Below are positions 39,652 through 49,836 of a stretch of DNA of 64,000 nucleotides, piece by piece; the stretch's first letter is position 1, and each line of letters opens with the position of its first letter. Location: IMG/VR virus record IMGVR_UViG_3300031576_000011, positions 33,307 to 97,306 of that record, one strand, 5' to 3'. Source of the stretch: a virus. Below the pieces are notes generated by a model, which had not been told where the DNA came from, ran no database searches, and worked only from the letters and a program-made list of their open reading frames with translations. Position numbers and translations under genes: made by a program.

Positions 39652-39885
39652 CTACTCGACCTCGACCTCGCACCACTTCATGGCCGTCGCGAGCAGCTTG
39701 TTGTAGTCGCCGCTCATCGCCTCCTTGAGGAACGCGTCGCGCTCCTCCTTCGTGAAGCCGGCCTTGGCGAGGGCCTTCACGCACGCGCCCATCACCGCGA
39801 ACGCGTTGCCGTCGCGACCGATGAGCTTCACTCGGGGACGTGGCCGCTCGGGCGGTGGTGTCGGGATCTTCGTCTCGGTCTCCAT
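39652..39885 (-). CDS. Hypothetical phage protein
   Basis: L.G.DGNAF..MG...AL...EAMSGDY..LL; RBS GAGGAG. Confidence 0.7.
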   Translation of the reverse strand: METETKIPTPPPERPRPRVKLIGRDGNAFAVMGACVKALAKAGFTKEERDAFLKEAMSGDYNKLLATAMKWCEVEVE

Positions 39886-39904
39886 CGTCGTCTCCTCTCC
39901 CGCC

Positions 39905-40345
39905 TCAGCGGGTCTCCGGGCACGTCCAGTAGCCGTAGACGCAGCGCGTGCCCTCGCGCGACGGGTCGTGCGTGTCGCGCACCTCGCCGTCGATCACCGC
40001 CGCGTAGTGCTTGCTCAACACCACCACCAGCCTCCCGCGCGGCAACTCGTCCGACAGGAGATGCACCCGGCAGCCGGTCCCGATCCCCATCGTCGGAGTC
40101 CAGGGCCAGCCGAGGGCGTCCAGGATCCGCCGCATCGTCGTCCCGTACACGCCGGTCCGCGCCGACGACTTCGCGCGCCGGCGCTTGCTCGCCCGCTCGC
40201 GCAGGCCCCACGCGTTCACCATGTCGTACACCTGTGTGTACGGCCAGCGCGACGCGATGGTCAGCGCCCGCACCGCGCAGTCGCCGGCCTTCCCGCGGAA
40301 GCCCGCGGCCGCGCGTCCGCCGTCGTCGTAGACCCAGGAGGTCAC
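39905..40345 (-). CDS. Putative papain-like (Cys-His-Asp) protein
   Basis: GDCAVRAL...HYAAVIDG...D. Confidence 0.5.
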   Translation of the reverse strand: MTSWVYDDGGRAAAGFRGKAGDCAVRALTIASRWPYTQVYDMVNAWGLRERASKRRRAKSSARTGVYGTTMRRILDALGWPWTPTMGIGTGCRVHLLSDELPRGRLVVVLSKHYAAVIDGEVRDTHDPSREGTRCVYGYWTCPETR

Positions 40346-42464
40346 GCCGGCCTCGTCTCGCTCCGCGCGAGCACCGCGCGGGCGTCCGTCAGGAACCTGT
40401 CCATCCTCGTGATCCCGCGGATCACGCCGAGCGGCACGTCCTCGCCCCGGCGGTCGGCCGCCTTCTTCGTCTCGCGCCGGTAGTACGCGAGGATCGCGTC
40501 GAGCACATGCAGCGGGCTGTTCTCCTCTGACGACTGATCGCCGCGCAGCACCGCGAGAAGGTCGGGCGCGGCGGCGATCAACTGGGCATCGGCCTCGGCC
40601 TGCTCGTGGGTCATGGCCACGCGAGCGATGAGGCGCTTGCCAACGGACTCGATGTGGTAGGCGAGGGTGTGGCCTTCGCCAACTCGGTAGGCGGACCACG
40701 GTCCAGTTGTATGGCTCGTCGTCCTCATGCTCTCGCCTCCGTTGCCGTTCCCATCTCGGCCGCCGTGATCGCCCGCGCCCGCAGCCGATCGCGCGCGTCC
40801 CGCCGCACGTTCGCCTCGGCCATGTGCTTCTCCGCGACGGCCTGGTGCATGCTCGCCTCCGCGAGCCGCGCGCGGAACACCACGTCGTCTCCGCGCGACC
40901 ACGATTGCATCCCCTCTTCGGCCCGGCGCTTCGCGTTCGCGAGTTGCTCGGCAGCGAGCCGCTCGAGGCCCGTGATCGCGACTGCCTCGCGGGTGATCCA
41001 GTCCCGTAGCACGGCGCCGTCCGTGTCGTTCCAGCGCCGGCACACCTCCCGCAAGAAGGCGTCGCTCGCGGCGCCGTCCAACAGGACGTAGCCGGTCCCG
41101 GGGGCGAACAGCTTCCCAGGCGTGTACCCGAGGCTGTGCTTGAAGTCCGCCATCGTGTGCCTCCTACCGCCCCGCCGCGGCGTCGCGGCTCCTCACGTCC
41201 GGGGTGTAGATGTCCGTGAGCGTGACCACGGCGCGCCCCGCCTTCCGGGCACGCCCACCCCGCGCGGGCGGGCACTCCACGCTCGCCACGACGTCGTTGA
41301 TCGGGACTTCGTCCCCCGAGCACTCGTCCTCGTCACGCTCGCCGGTGCGCTCGAAGACCACGACCGCGCTCCCGGGATGGGCCGCGCCCATTTCGCGCAA
41401 CTCGACTTCGGCCAGCGCGAGCAACGCGCGCAGCCGGTCCAGAGTCATCGTCACGGCGACCCCCTCTCGATCAGGACCACGTTGCCAGACCGCAGAAGCA
41501 CGGCGAGACCTTCGCTGGCACTTCCGTTCAGGTTCAGTCTCGCCATGCCGCCCGGTCCCTCCTCGAGGCGCGCCGTGACGGTGAAGCGCTCGCCCAACAG
41601 GAACTCGATCGGAAGTTCCGGCAGCACGAGGTCTGGCCCTTCCCAGGTCCGCATGCGCACGCGAGTCTGTCCCGTGGAGATTTTCAAGGCGTTCTCGCGC
41701 TCCTCTGCGAGCCGCATCGTGAGGACGCGGATCTCTTCCTGCGCCCACCGGGGCAGCCGCGCGAGCATCTCGGGCGTCACCATCACGGCCTCCTCCGGCA
41801 CGCCTCGCACGGCTCCACGATCTTCAGGTCCGCCACCTCGGCGAGGAACGCTGCCACGTCGGCCGCGCTCAACCGCCGCACGCGCTGACCGGAGAGGTCG
41901 CGCCCCGTGTACCGGGCCGAGGCGCCGCAGCACCGCCCGTGCAGGATGCAGCCGTTGTCGCCCGAGTAGTAGGCGGCGTCCTGCAGCACGGGCGTGGGAT
42001 CGACGGCCTTACTCATTCGCCTGCTTCCACAGGCGGAGGCGCGCCGCGGATCGGATCGCTCGCTCGACGCTGTCGATCTCGGCCACCGTCTCCGTCGCCA
42101 GGGACTCGACCGTCGCCCACGCCGCTTGGTAGACGCGCGAGCCGCAGTTGGTCTCGATGTCGGCGTCCAGTCGGATCTTCTCCGCCTCCTCGCGCAGGGG
42201 CGGGAGGCTGGCGACGTCCGCGACGAGGTACCGCCAGTCCCGATCCTCTCTCTTCGCCGCTTCGTGGAGGCGGAGCGTCTGCTTCCGGATCGCAGCCAAC
42301 TCCTCCACCGCGGCCTCGACGTCTTGGGCGACGTCCGCGGCGAGCACGCCATCGGTCTTCTTCGTCATGGTCCCTCCGGATTTCAAGGCCCCGGCCGTGC
42401 CGTCTGGCGGGCGCGCGCCTGGCGCGGCGTCGCGTCCGTCCAGCGGCACGGTCCGGGGCGTCCG

Positions 42465-42803
42465 CTAGTAGCCCGCCTCCTCCAGCACCTCGTCCAGCCC
42501 CCTCGCCGACACCGACTCCCACGCCGGGAACCCGATGCCCGTCTCCGGGTCCACCTCGGCCGCCAGCCGGGAGGCGTCGCACCGCATCTGCACCGTGCGG
42601 CTGCACGGGCCCTCGCAGTCCCGCCCCTCGTCGATCGACTCTCGGTAGACCACGTCCCCCACCCGCTCGAAGTTCTCCGTCAGCGCGCGCCAGCCCTGCT
42701 CGGTCGACACGCTCCCGGTCGTGAGGCACGCGCGCCCGCCGTCGTCCAGCGCGATCCCGCGGGGCTCGTTGTCCCACCAGATCCAGAAGGTCAGCCGGCG
42801 CAT
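42465..42803 (-). CDS. Hypothetical protein, paralogue of 35296-35670
   Basis: Motifs shared with 35296-35670; RBS GGAGGTG. Confidence 0.65.
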   Translation of the reverse strand: MRRLTFWIWWDNEPRGIALDDGGRACLTTGSVSTEQGWRALTENFERVGDVVYRESIDEGRDCEGPCSRTVQMRCDASRLAAEVDPETGIGFPAWESVSARGLDEVLEEAGY

Positions 42804-43357
42804 CGGGTCACCTCCGTCGGGTCGTTCGGATCGCCAGGCTCCCCGTGGTAGGCGCGAGCGACCACGCCACCAAGACCCGGGCCGCGATAGGTGTGGACGC
42901 TCGAGCGCCCGCCGTGCCGCGACTCCAGGCGCAGCGTCCAGCCCTCGCCCGTCGCGCAGAGCGTGAGGTCCCAGTCCCGCCCCAACTCCACCAGCCGCTC
43001 GCCTACCACGGCACCACCTCCTCGCGCTGGGCCAGCGCCAGCGGCGCAGGAAATCCAGGCTCGCCGCGCGCGGTCATGCGCGCTCCGCCGTCGCCATGTC
43101 GAACTCCCCGACGAACACCGTGCGACCCAGTTCCAGGCGCTCCGTGCCGCTGAACACATCCCACGCCTCGACCGGCTCAAGCAGCGTGGCCCAGTACCGC
43201 CAGCCCGTCTCGTCGTCGTGCCACGCCTTCGTGATCTTCGCGGAGAACGACAGCGCGCCGCGGAGGTCCATGGCGGTCCCGCCGGACGCGTTCAGCCAGA
43301 CCACCTTCTTGAACTTCACCACGTCGCCGACCTCAGGGATCTGCCGCACGCGCCCTC

Positions 43358-43774
43358 CTATCCACGCGCCATCGTGTCGATGGCCGCGTCCAGCAGGCGG
43401 AGCACGTCCTCCTGCGTCCGCTCCTCCGCGTCGTTCCAGTCGTCCAGGGTCCGCACGTACGGACGGTCGTTCGGATCCAGCCGCCGGTCGCACCCCGCCT
43501 CCGCGTCTTCGGCCAGCGCGTCGTCCAGCGCCTCCGTGACCAGCGCGCGAATCGCGCCCGCCACCGGCCACATCATCCACAGCCCCACGCCGTGCTCTGC
43601 GCACGCCACGTCCACCGCCCCCTCGATGTCCCAGGCGACCGCCGACGGGCTCCCGATCTCCACGGGATTCCCGAGGTGGTTCACCGCGCCGAAGTCCCGC
43701 GTCCAGCCCTTCTGCAGGAGCGCCTTCGCGCGCACGAGGATCGCGAGCGCCGTGAGTTGGTCCTTGTGGTCCAC
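43358..43774 (-). CDS. DUF6197-like protein, copy 1
   Basis: GWT...GA...WND...RTQEDV..L.D.AI. Confidence 0.65.
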   Translation of the reverse strand: MDHKDQLTALAILVRAKALLQKGWTRDFGAVNHLGNPVEIGSPSAVAWDIEGAVDVACAEHGVGLWMMWPVAGAIRALVTEALDDALAEDAEAGCDRRLDPNDRPYVRTLDDWNDAEERTQEDVLRLLDAAIDTMARG

Positions 43775-44107
43775 GTTACGCCTCCGCCATCGCGGCGCGG
43801 ACCTCGGCCTCGGTCGCCTGCACGAGCAGTTCCAGGTAGTGCTCCGGGCTGTCGCCCTCCATGCGCACCAGGGCGTCGTCCACGCGAGATCCACGGTCGA
43901 GTTCCACCAAGTTCTGGGCCGTGATGGGGCGACTCCGCGTCGGCACCGCCTCACAGGCGGCGAGCCACGCGGGTCAGCCCGCGCCGGAGACGGTCACGAA
44001 CGCCCGCGCGTCGTCCCCGCAGGCGATCGGCGTGCGGCGCTTCGCGTGCCGCCGCAGCCGCGCCCGTTGGGCCTTCGGCAGAGTGCGGAAGCGATCCCGC
44101 AGGCCAC

Positions 44108-44488
44108 TCACGACTGCGCTGCGCATGTGTCCTCCGACCTCCCGGGCTCTCCGGCCGCGATCGCGATCGCCTCGTCCAGCACCGCCAGTACCTCCGCCTG
44201 GGTCCGGCCCTCCGCGTCGTTCCAGCTCGCGAGCGACCCAGGCAAGCGCTTCTCCGGGTCTCGCATCGCGATGGCGGACGTCACGAACGCGCCCGATCCG
44301 TACCCGGCTCTCCCCTGGGGCAGGCCAGCGAATCCGAGCGCCCCGAGCAGGCACCACACGCACGCGGCCGGGTCGCTCGGCTCGACGGTGGACCCGGTGG
44401 AGTCGCGCGCGAAGGACCGCTGGGTCCAGCCCTGCGCGATCAACACGCGCGCGCCCCGCAGCACCTCGAGTCTCGGGTTCGGGCTCAT
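44108..44488 (-). CDS. DUF6197-like protein, copy 2
   Basis: GWTQ..ARD...WC..GAL...WNDAEGRTQAEV. Confidence 0.7.
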   Translation of the reverse strand: MSPNPRLEVLRGARVLIAQGWTQRSFARDSTGSTVEPSDPAACVWCLLGALGFAGLPQGRAGYGSGAFVTSAIAMRDPEKRLPGSLASWNDAEGRTQAEVLAVLDEAIAIAAGEPGRSEDTCAAQS

Positions 44489-45181
44489 CGCTCCTCCACG
44501 GCCCTCGCGGTCGGCTCCCAGATGTCGGTGCGCACGCCTTCTCGCTCGACGTAGATCTCCTTCGTGGCGCCGCACCGACAGGTGAAGAACGCGTCGCAGG
44601 ACTGTGCCGCGCCCTTCCCGTCCTTCTGCCAGAGATGCTCGTGCGTCGTCATCGCGCCACCACCACGAAGGACATCCCGTCGTCGTACAGGGCGACGATC
44701 CCGTGCCGCAGCAGCCGGGTCAGGCTCGCCGCGAGCTCGTGGTCCGCCACGTACTCGCCCACGATGTTGTTCCGCAGCCACCAGGCGATGCTCGTGAACG
44801 AGGTTGGGAAGTCCAGCCGCACGTGGATCACGACGAGGTCGTCGATCTGCATCTCGCGGGATGTCAGGACGTGCTCGATGAGCGCCATGCTCAATCCTCC
44901 TTGCCAGAAAATCCAGGCTCCGCCCCGCGCCTCGTGCCCGCCCGCGCTGCGTCGCGTCGGGTCAGGTCACGAGGCGCGGGGCTCCGGTGCCGTCAGGCAC
45001 TCGAGGACCCACAGGACCACGCCCCACGCCACGGGCAGCGTCGTGTTCGTCCGATCCGTGTACTGCTCGGCCGCCGCGTCCAGACGGTAGCGGTAGACCT
45101 CCGCCATCTCCTCCCGGTTCAGCGTGAGGTGGTGGCTGGGGTCGAACCCCGGTGGCACCGTCCACGGGATCGGCTCGAGCG

Positions 45182-45535
45182 TCATGCGCCCTCCGCGGCG
45201 ATCGCCGCGTCGAAGAGCCCGATCACCTCCGCCTGCGTCCGCCCCGGGCGGTCGTTCCAGACGACCAGCGGGTTCTGCTCGAGCGACGCCACCCGAGGAT
45301 CCCAGGCTTTCGCCTCGACGGTCAGCAGCCCCATCGCGACGCCTCGCGCCTCGGAATCCTCCGGGGGCTCGTGCGGCGTGGTCGTCGCGAACAGCGCCCC
45401 GGCCGCGCACCACACGCACGCCAGCGGATGCTCCGGCTGGACCCGTCTCTGCGCCGCGTCGCGCGCCATCGCGCCCTGCGTCCAGCCGGTCCGGATGCGC
45501 TCGCGCGCCGCCCGCAGGATTTCCAGCACCGTCAT
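45182..45535 (-). CDS. DUF6197-like protein, copy 3
   Basis: GWTQGA.ARD...WC..GAL...WNDRPGRTQAEV. Confidence 0.7.
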   Translation of the reverse strand: MTVLEILRAARERIRTGWTQGAMARDAAQRRVQPEHPLACVWCAAGALFATTTPHEPPEDSEARGVAMGLLTVEAKAWDPRVASLEQNPLVVWNDRPGRTQAEVIGLFDAAIAAEGA

Positions 45536-48176
45536 CGGCCACTCCTCGCACGGGCGTGCTTCTGGATGTGGTGGGCCACCAGCCGGCGCGGATAGGGGTG
45601 CCGACACACCGGGCACGTCCACCGCTTCGCTCCCAGCCGCGCCCGCTCACGCTTCGCCGCGCTGCTCATGATCCCTCCGATCTAACGGGTGGCCACCCTC
45701 GGGAGGTCGACCACCCACTGGGACTGTCTCCCCGTCCCGCGGGACAACTCCGATGCGGGGGACACCGATGCGCTAGACCATGGGACACCTCCGCCGCCGT
45801 GTGCGGCCCGTTGATCCTACTCCGCACGCGCCTGGCCGACGCCAGGCTCGGGGCCATCCCCGCGTGCGCATTCGGTCTCCCTGTCTGGGATCGTGCAGAC
45901 CTCCAGCCACCACGCCACCAGCCGCTGCCCCATGAGATAGGTCCCTCGTGTCCGCGCCGCCCATTGCTCCGCCGCGCACGCGAAGAGCCCTTGCCAGCAC
46001 GCGGAGACTTCCTCGCGGTCGAGCGGGGTGAGCCCCTCCACCTGAGCGAGCGTCACCTCTCCCCACGGGAATGGCCAGGGACCAGGGAACAGCCAGTCGT
46101 TCTCCATCACGGCCTCCCGACGGTGAACGACACCCCGTCGTCGTACAGGGCCACCGTCCCCAACCGGATCAGCACGGTCAACGCCGCCGCCACCTCGTGG
46201 TCCGCGGCGTCGTCCGGACCCTGCTGCCGCACGAACCACACGAGGCTGCGGAACGAGACCGGACCGACCGTGCGCACGAGCCGCTCGACGAGCCCCGCGA
46301 TCTCCACCGCCCGCGGCGGCACGCACACCACCGCGGCGCACGTCTCGCAGACCGTCCCCTTGGCGCCACGCGCCGTCAGGATTCCAGGCGTCAGGATCCG
46401 GCTCTGCTCCACGTAGTCCCGTGTCGGCTGCGTCCCGATCCGCGCTTGCATCGCGTCGCACCGCCGGCGCCAGCACCCCGGGCAGTAGTCGAGCGCGTCC
46501 ACGTCCACCCGCCATCCCGCGAAGCCGTCCAGCATCGTCTCCATGATCATGCCGCCTCCACGTGCGCGTCCCACGCCACCCGCGTCGCGTCCGCACGGCC
46601 GCGCACGGACGACAGGAAGACCACCATCTCGATCCCCTCCGCGTGTTCCGCACACGCGCGCCACTGGTACGTCTCCGGGTCGGGCACCACCGTCGCGACC
46701 GCGGGCTTCCCGCAGCGCGCCCCCTGCACCCAGCGCTGGCACGTCCTGTCCATGCTACGCCGTCTCCTGCATGGCCTTCGCCACCGCCGCCACCACGCTC
46801 TCCGGCGCCGCCTTCGTCAGCACCACGGTCACCCCCGTGTCCGACCAGGCCATCCGCGTGCCGCTCGCCGTGTGCTCCGCCGTCGCCGTCCCGAGGTCCA
46901 CGTTCGCGTAGCAAATCCAGGCTCCGCCCGGGGCGAAGCGCTGCTCGGCTGCCGCCAGCCGACGTCCGGCCGCCTCCGCCCGCGCCCGCGCCGGCTTCCC
47001 CAACCCCACGAGGCGCTCCACGTGCCGCGCCCCGCGCGTCGCCACCTTCCGCAGCCCCGCCTCGAGCAGCGCCCGCACGTCCGGGTGCAGGTGCGGCGCC
47101 CGCAGCATCACCTCCAGCCGCGCCGCCTCCTGCGTCGCGTCGGTCACGCGGGCGCGCGCCTGCGCCGTCTGGCTCGCCACATCGAAGTCCAGCAGCCTCG
47201 GGTTCACCCACATCGTCGTACCCTCCGCCCCTCGCCAGGGGCTGTCGATTTCCAGGGCCACCTGCGCGCGTCACCGCGCGTCGGGTCGCCGCCTCCGCGC
47301 GCGCGTCGCGTGCGCAGACGGGGCGCCCCGCGCCCTACCCGATCTCGACGGGCTCCTCCACCTGGTCGGCCTCCCCCATCGGGAGGTCGTCGGCCGTGTC
47401 GTCGGCCCCGAACGTCGGGAGGTCGTCGTCCTCCACCAGGCCCAGGCCGACCGACCGCAGGCACTCCTCCGTCCACATCGCGGTCAGCGTCCCGTGCGAC
47501 ATGGCGTGCCGCGCGCGACACCCCGTGCAGAGGATCCCCTCGCTCGCCACCATCGCCACTCCGCACACCAGGCACTCGCTGTCCATGGTCCCCTCGGGGG
47601 GGCGCCCCCGCCCCGGGTCTTCCCCCTGGCACCCTCCGCGTCGGGACACCCCGCGCGCGGGCCCAGGATTCTCGGGCGCTACGCGCCCGTCTGTGGCCAC
47701 CCGTAGAGGCTCCCGACCGCGCGATCCTCGGCCGTCCCGAAGGGGTCCGCGGCGAACGCGCGTCGATCGTGCATCCCCAGTCCGCAGCCCGCGAGCCCGC
47801 GCGTGGCGACCGCCACGGCGCGCCGCAGCACCCCGAGATGCCACGCGGCGCGCATCCCCCCCGCCTCGTCGCGGGCCCGCGCCGTCCGCAGGGCGCGCGC
47901 CGCGATCTCTCGGAACGTCGTGGTCATGGGTCGCTCCTCAGAAAATCCGGGCTCCGCGTCGCGCCTTCTGCGTCCCGAGCCCCCCGCCCCGCGCTCGGGG
48001 CGGACCCTCTCCCCGACCAGGCGCCCGGACCGTCCGGGCGCACCCTGGCTGCCCGGGGTGGCGCTCGCCTTTTTCTAGGCGGAGCGTCCCCCCGTCACGA
48101 CCCCAACCCCCGCCGGGCCCGGTCGGCCCGGCAGGGGTTGAGGGGGCGCTACGGGCGCCCCCCCGAGCGCCCCGCG

Positions 48177-48614
48177 CTAGGCGAGGCGCCCGTCGAGCAC
48201 CGCGAGGATCTTGAACACGTACTTGCTCCCGTCCCGGACCGTGACCTTGAGTCCGTCCCCGTCGTTCAGGGTGACCCGCCCCTCCCCGTTCTCCGCCGTG
48301 GCCAACCCCAAGTCGGGATTGATCGAGATCTTCCAGGCAGGGTTGGAGCCCACCAGGCCCCGGAGGGTCTCGGCGTGTGCCTCCGCCGCCTTGGCGCGCT
48401 CGGCCGGGGTGCTCGACGCGCGGGTCGCGCGCGCCTCGGTGTTGGCGAGCACCGTCTTGGCACGGTCCAGGTTCGTCTGGAGCATGCGCTGGACGCTCCC
48501 CTCGGGAGCGTTCGCCACGCAGATTTCCAGGCTCGCGACCTTCTCCTTCAGGCTCGCGACCTTCTCGGTCAGCCGCTCGCCCTTCTCGGACTCCCTCTGC
48601 TGCAGGATGGTCAT
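48177..48614 (-). CDS. Coiled-coil protein, first gene after the non-coding region
   Basis: EKVASL repeat; RBS GAGGG. Confidence 0.65.
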   Translation of the reverse strand: MTILQQRESEKGERLTEKVASLKEKVASLEICVANAPEGSVQRMLQTNLDRAKTVLANTEARATRASSTPAERAKAAEAHAETLRGLVGSNPAWKISINPDLGLATAENGEGRVTLNDGDGLKVTVRDGSKYVFKILAVLDGRLA

Positions 48615-48699
48615 GGTCCCTCGCCATGGCTTCGGGGTGCCAGGCTACCCGTGGTTTCGCGCCGCGCGTGCCCCCGTCGTCGGGGGCGCCTACCGCGCC

Positions 48700-49620
48700 G
48701 CGCCGCTCCCAGGTACGCGAACCGCGTACCGCGCCACCGCCGCTAGCGGCAACTACTACCAGTAGCGGTCTACCGCCGCTACCGGCGGTATACCCCCATA
48801 GGTAGCGCGTAGTCGTTCCGGTCTGTTCGGGTGCCGTACGGATTACGACCCTACCGCCTATGTAAAAAAGGCTTTACACCCCTAGGCGCCCTAGGGGTTA
48901 CGGCGATCGTACTGGTTGCAAACCAGAAACCCGAACAGGGAAAAGTGTACCCGAACTCGGCGTACGCCTATACCGCCCTAGCACTTACGGAGTAGTGTCA
49001 CGGCCGTAGTCAACCACTACAGACCGCCGCTACCCGCGCCGCTACGTAGAACGTTACCGTAGGGTAGCGGTAGCAAACGGCGTAAAGCCGTACGGGGCCG
49101 GGACTAACGGAGGCCGGCTACTACGGGTACGGCTATTCGATAGGCGAGGCCGCGCGGCCGGCTGCTAGCGGCGCGCCTAGGCGCGCGCCGGCGCCTACCT
49201 AACCAGAACGGATACCGTACAGTATATCCTACCGGAACCCGTACGGACGCGCTCTATCATGTGCGGCGCGCCGCTACCGGCCGTCTAGGCGCCGGCATCG
49301 CGTAAACCCTAGCGGCCCTAGGGGATACCGCGTACTACACGGACCCGTGCCGTACGGCTATAGCCGTACCTATCCCGTACGGCCGGGCCAGGTACGCGGC
49401 TTGCTACGGCGCCAGCAAGCCCTAGTCCATTCCGTATCGCCTACGGCGGTACGGGTTTACGCCTGAAACCGAACTAGCACCCTACTGGCGCTAGGTCTGA
49501 GTACGGTACGCGCTACAGCAAACGACGGTCCGCGCCGTAAGCCCTAGGGCCGTCGGCGCTTACGTTTCCGCCGTAAGCCTAGGGGCCCCACGGGCTTGCG
49601 TTTGGTAGGTGTTTTTTAGG
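48700..49620. other. TA-rich, palindrome-rich non-coding region (origin, control or terminus candidate)
   Basis: No listed ORF between 48805 and 49609; many CCTAGG, CGTACG and GCTAGC sites. Confidence 0.7.
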
Positions 49621-49836
49621 GCCGCGCAGCACGCGGCACCCACCAGAGAAAGTGCGCCCCATTCCAAACGCGCCGGTCTAGGCGCCGGCTACGATGGCAC
49701 TTTTCCGCGGGTGCCTGCCTTCGTGGGTTGCGCTGGCGCGATTCTGGTACCTGGGCCCGCGTTTTCGTCCGTTCGCGTCCTGGGGCAACGTGGCGCGAAT
49801 GGGGCCCCACCCAGAAATCCTGGGTGGCGGTGCATT

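Larger units (their letters stand above)
31183..48614 (-). other. Cluster of about 45 small co-oriented accessory genes
   Basis: Chained short ORFs with GGAGG RBSs and overlapping stop/start codons. Confidence 0.8.

Noticed and set aside
45223-45240. Self-targeting by array guides (14 contiguous matches for unit 24347; partial matches for others near 40326 and 53095)
   Set aside because: Only partial matches in GC-rich common-codon sequence; no 18/18 match seen by eye, though my search was not exhaustive
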